This document shows positions 61,016 through 64,000 of a stretch of DNA of 64,000 nucleotides, in pieces. Below the pieces are notes generated by a model that was given only the letters and a program-made list of their open reading frames with translations, ran no database searches and was not told the DNA's origin. This stretch comes from TPA_inf: Saccharomyces. Its lineage: Eukaryota. Position 1 is the stretch's first letter. Each line of letters begins with the position of its first letter. The position numbers and the translations under genes were made by a program. The stretch lies in the NCBI GenBank assembly GCA_000146045.2, contig BK006938.2, forward strand, positions 608,001 through 672,000. Direction: 5' to 3'.

Positions 61016-63034
61016 TCACTCAACTTTAATGGCAGAGTATATCTTCCTAATAAAAAACATACTACTAAAAAAACCAATCGCTCCAGTGACGACACAACAT
61101 AATGCAGATATAATAAGTGAATATCCGAGATAGAGCACGACAGTAATAACTCCACCAAGCTTGAACTTAGTAAATAGTATGGAGTGGATGAACGTATAGA
61201 TTGAACATCCTAAACCACCAATAATAAAACTTCTCCATTGCCATAGCCAGTTTTCTAGACATAACGAGTAATATGTGATCAAGATGGTAACTAATGAGGT
61301 TGTCAAGGTCAACAATAAGAATGAAAAGAGTAAAAATCCAAACATATAAAAAATTTTGTTGAACCATAAACTGGAGTAAATGAAGTACAGCTCAACCGCT
61401 ATTGATCCGAAACTGAAAATTCCAGCGATTAAGGTTGCTTGTGCTGTTCTCAAGTACCAGGGTTGATATGGAATCTGTCTGGCGATTTGGTTTGTTTTAG
61501 TTGGATGCTCATCCCAATTACACTGCTTATGAGCAACAATTGAACCCGCAAACGACAACGGAACAGAAACTAAAAACCATAGAAGAATGATAAAGAATAG
61601 GCTTCTCGCTGGGATGACACCTGAAGAATGTGCAAATAACAAAAAGAAGTTCATTATTACAATCAGTAAAAAAATTGCTCCAGGAAGTAATATTGGCGTT
61701 AATATCATATTCGCCTTCCAATAGGGTCCACGAAAAAATTTGTAGACACCCATTGAGGCGTAGGATCCTACAAATCCAAATAATGCATAAAGAACAAACA
61801 TTACAGTTGGCAGGGATCCTCTGGAAACAGGCGACACAAGACCTACTGCGGCAAAAAAAATGCTACACATGACCATCAAAAATAACTGCATACCGGATCC
61901 CACAAGAATGGATAGCAGCATCGACTTAGATGGGGTTCTAAATACGTCACCATGGCCCAATTTCCAGCCAGAATCTTCATGGAATTCATTATCCAAGTTT
62001 AGTTCGTTATAACGAGCGAGATCGCTTTTCAAAGCCCGTAATAGAGAATGCATTACAACAGATGACAACAAAATAACAATAACGGAAAAATTTATTAATG
62101 AAAACCATTGTATCTGCGGGTCATAAATATGTAGATACTTATCCCATCTCGTAGCCCACACTGTATCAGAGGCAACAAATTTAACAGAATAAGTGAAGTA
62201 AACCTCGTTATCCTTATCCTCGTCTAGTATCAGAGGTTTTCCCGTTGTAGAACACGCGCCAGGTGACGATCTTTCGATAGATACAGGGTTTACAATGACA
62301 CCAACAACTCGGTAATTATCGTTTCCACGATCGTGAAATTCCACTTCAATGTCAAAATGATTTACAAAGTAAGGTAATTCTACCGTTTTAACTAAATTAG
62401 GCTTAACATTCTTGGGCAGTCGAGCATCCAATATAACATCCTCATTTGAGGCCTCTGAAGTAAGCTCTTCCATCGTACTGGGAACTGCTTTACCGTCAAC
62501 GGTTTGCTTAACATCTGTAAAACCTAACTCAAATCCTGTGCCGTAATAGTTTGTTTTTGTTCTGCTATCATAAGCCTTTCTTGCTGCTGGCAATCCATCC
62601 ACGAGCCAGTTTTGGAAAAATCCACTTTTAATAAGGGTGTTGATAAATTTGGCATCTTTTCCCGGAATCGTGCTTTTACAAAGTGCAACACACTCTTTCT
62701 CCTCTAACATGTTCAATTGGAATGGGGAATTGTAAATTCTGTCACCAAATATGACTGAACCTAACGACTCAGGCTGTTTCTCAACGTGCTCTGGTCTACA
62801 AAAATGAAACCTCTTATTATAGTAATCATAGGAGTAAAGAAAATGTTCTTTATCGCCTGAAACATCGTTACCTTCCTCATCTTGATGCTGAAAGTAAATT
62901 GATGGAGTCAAGCGGTTCACCAATAGCGGGATTTCATCGCCTGAGTGATATGTTGTGGGAGATAGGCCTGGCAAGGAAAATCCTTTAGTTAAAGTTGCAT
63001 AGCAATAAATCAGCAACCAAACACCTCGTTTCAT
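61016..63034 (-). CDS. TMN2: TMN2 (YDR107C) nonaspanin / TM9SF family membrane protein, 672 aa
   Basis: A 672-aa ORF with a signal peptide and 9 C-terminal TM helices. Confidence 0.88.
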   Translation of the reverse strand: MKRGVWLLIYCYATLTKGFSLPGLSPTTYHSGDEIPLLVNRLTPSIYFQHQDEEGNDVSGDKEHFLYSYDYYNKRFHFCRPEHVEKQPESLGSVIFGDRIYNSPFQLNMLEEKECVALCKSTIPGKDAKFINTLIKSGFFQNWLVDGLPAARKAYDSRTKTNYYGTGFELGFTDVKQTVDGKAVPSTMEELTSEASNEDVILDARLPKNVKPNLVKTVELPYFVNHFDIEVEFHDRGNDNYRVVGVIVNPVSIERSSPGACSTTGKPLILDEDKDNEVYFTYSVKFVASDTVWATRWDKYLHIYDPQIQWFSLINFSVIVILLSSVVMHSLLRALKSDLARYNELNLDNEFHEDSGWKLGHGDVFRTPSKSMLLSILVGSGMQLFLMVMCSIFFAAVGLVSPVSRGSLPTVMFVLYALFGFVGSYASMGVYKFFRGPYWKANMILTPILLPGAIFLLIVIMNFFLLFAHSSGVIPARSLFFIILLWFLVSVPLSFAGSIVAHKQCNWDEHPTKTNQIARQIPYQPWYLRTAQATLIAGIFSFGSIAVELYFIYSSLWFNKIFYMFGFLLFSFLLLTLTTSLVTILITYYSLCLENWLWQWRSFIIGGLGCSIYTFIHSILFTKFKLGGVITVVLYLGYSLIISALCCVVTGAIGFFSSMFFIRKIYSAIKVE

Positions 63035-63268
63035 TACCGATTATTAATTATCAATATGTGTACTAATATAATTGTCAAAATTTATGATGTAAATTTAGGG
63101 TTCCCAACATATTTTACTCAACTGTAAACAAGTCATAATTTCCTCGGACAAAATTAGGCAAAATAACAGAAAAACCAATGGATGGGATGGGTAGGAAAAT
63201 GAGTAAGTAACCCAAACAAACGGTACCTCTTTATTCAGTCGGCTTTACAGATACTGAGGTAACTTATA

Positions 63269-64000
63269 ATGGTTTTTTCTTATGAGCACTATATGAATCT
63301 CCTTTTCCATTTGGATAACAGTAAAGAAACGGTGCCTCCAGAGATTGCAAAAAGAATAATTTCAAATGCTATAGCTCCTGTAATAACAGTTACTTCAACT
63401 CCTCTCTTCGACAAACATATTCAAGAAACGTACAAAGTAGATTCTCTCTATATGCTGCTGCGATTCTTTGGCGGTTGTGTCTCTGATAGAGATCAAGCCA
63501 ATGAAGCGAAGGTTGGACAGCATGAGCATGAGGTTTGTGATGCAAGTGACTCGACGGATTCAATTCCCAAAAATAAAAATTTGGAAGTGCCCAATTTATC
63601 AAAGAAAGGTAGTCGCAGTAGGTCGAATAGTCTTTTCCAGAGGGATTCAACGCAATCTCAATATATCAGGTTTACAAGGCCATTAGGTGACTTGATCGAA
63701 ACAAGAGATGCAAATGATATGTTATTCAATTACCATTCTTTAGAGGTATTCTTAGATAATTATTTGAAATTGGTTGCAGCAAATACTGATGAAATGGTTC
63801 CTCATAATCTTCTTAAGAAATCCATTTATCATAGTTTCTTTTCACTAGCAATTTCATCCACAAATAACTTATCGCCCTATGAAACTTTTAATCACCCTAT
63901 TCTTTCCTTGATTGCTTTAGATATATCAAATGGCGAAGTTTATGAGGATGCAAGAGATCTTTTAGTCAATTTCAAGAATCTTAATCATAATACTGAAAAC
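63269..64000 (+). CDS. TRS85: TRS85 (GSG1, YDR108W) TRAPPIII subunit; 5' part runs off the window end
   Basis: MVFSYEHYMNLLFHLDNSKETVPPEIAK… The frame stays open to position 64000. It is absent from the ORF track because no stop codon falls in the window. Confidence 0.82.
   Translation, partial: MVFSYEHYMNLLFHLDNSKETVPPEIAKRIISNAIAPVITVTSTPLFDKHIQETYKVDSLYMLLRFFGGCVSDRDQANEAKVGQHEHEVCDASDSTDSIPKNKNLEVPNLSKKGSRSRSNSLFQRDSTQSQYIRFTRPLGDLIETRDANDMLFNYHSLEVFLDNYLKLVAANTDEMVPHNLLKKSIYHSFFSLAISSTNNLSPYETFNHPILSLIALDISNGEVYEDARDLLVNFKNLNHNTEN

Overview
This window reads as a contiguous piece of Saccharomyces cerevisiae nuclear DNA, chromosome IV right arm, from YDR081C (PDC2, 3' part) to YDR108W (TRS85, 5' part). 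I recognise it from the gene order, from ORF lengths that match the known proteins, and from motifs I can read directly: the Rrp8 SAM-binding motif, the DNF2 DKTGTLT motif, the MSH6 Walker A, the GRX3 CGFS, the Ste5 RING-H2, and the zinc fingers of Slu7 and Gis1.

The main content is:
- about 30 protein-coding genes: PDC2, STN1, RRP8, TVP23, AFR1, SSS1, RRP1, SLU7, VTC5, YDR090C, RLI1, UBC13 (one intron), DNF2, GIS1, MSH6, GRX3, BMH2, TVP15, ARX1, STE5, SPO71, TMS1, ARP10, TMN2 and TRS85;
- three RNA polymerase III tRNA genes, all on the minus strand: Arg-ACG, Gln-UUG and Ile-AAU;
- an apparently intact 5918-bp Ty1 retrotransposon on the minus strand, with 334-bp LTRs, a primer-binding site, a polypurine tract, TYA, TYB and the CTTAGGC +1 frameshift site;
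- two Ty3 LTRs (sigma elements) sitting 15-16 bp from tRNA 5' ends. The Ty1 is inserted into one of them, with a GTTAT target-site duplication;
- further degenerate delta- and tau-like LTR debris.

Regulatory motifs I can read directly include RRPE/PAC pairs upstream of the ribosome-biogenesis genes RRP8, RRP1, ARX1 and RLI1, two MluI cell-cycle boxes upstream of MSH6, a pheromone-response element upstream of AFR1, and a Reb1 site.

I see no prokaryote-style defence or accessory system and no convincing evidence of an undescribed gene system; this is a well-characterised eukaryotic region. The least-explained feature is a roughly 210-bp GC-rich island at 28200-28410 between DNF2 and GIS1. It is dense in hairpins, G-quadruplex motifs and stress-response (STRE) cores and is very atypical for AT-rich yeast intergenic DNA.

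Coordinates of motifs that are not in the ORF track should be treated as accurate to about ±2 bp. The ORF track evidently accepts non-ATG starts (for example GTG), so I re-derived gene starts from true ATG codons.
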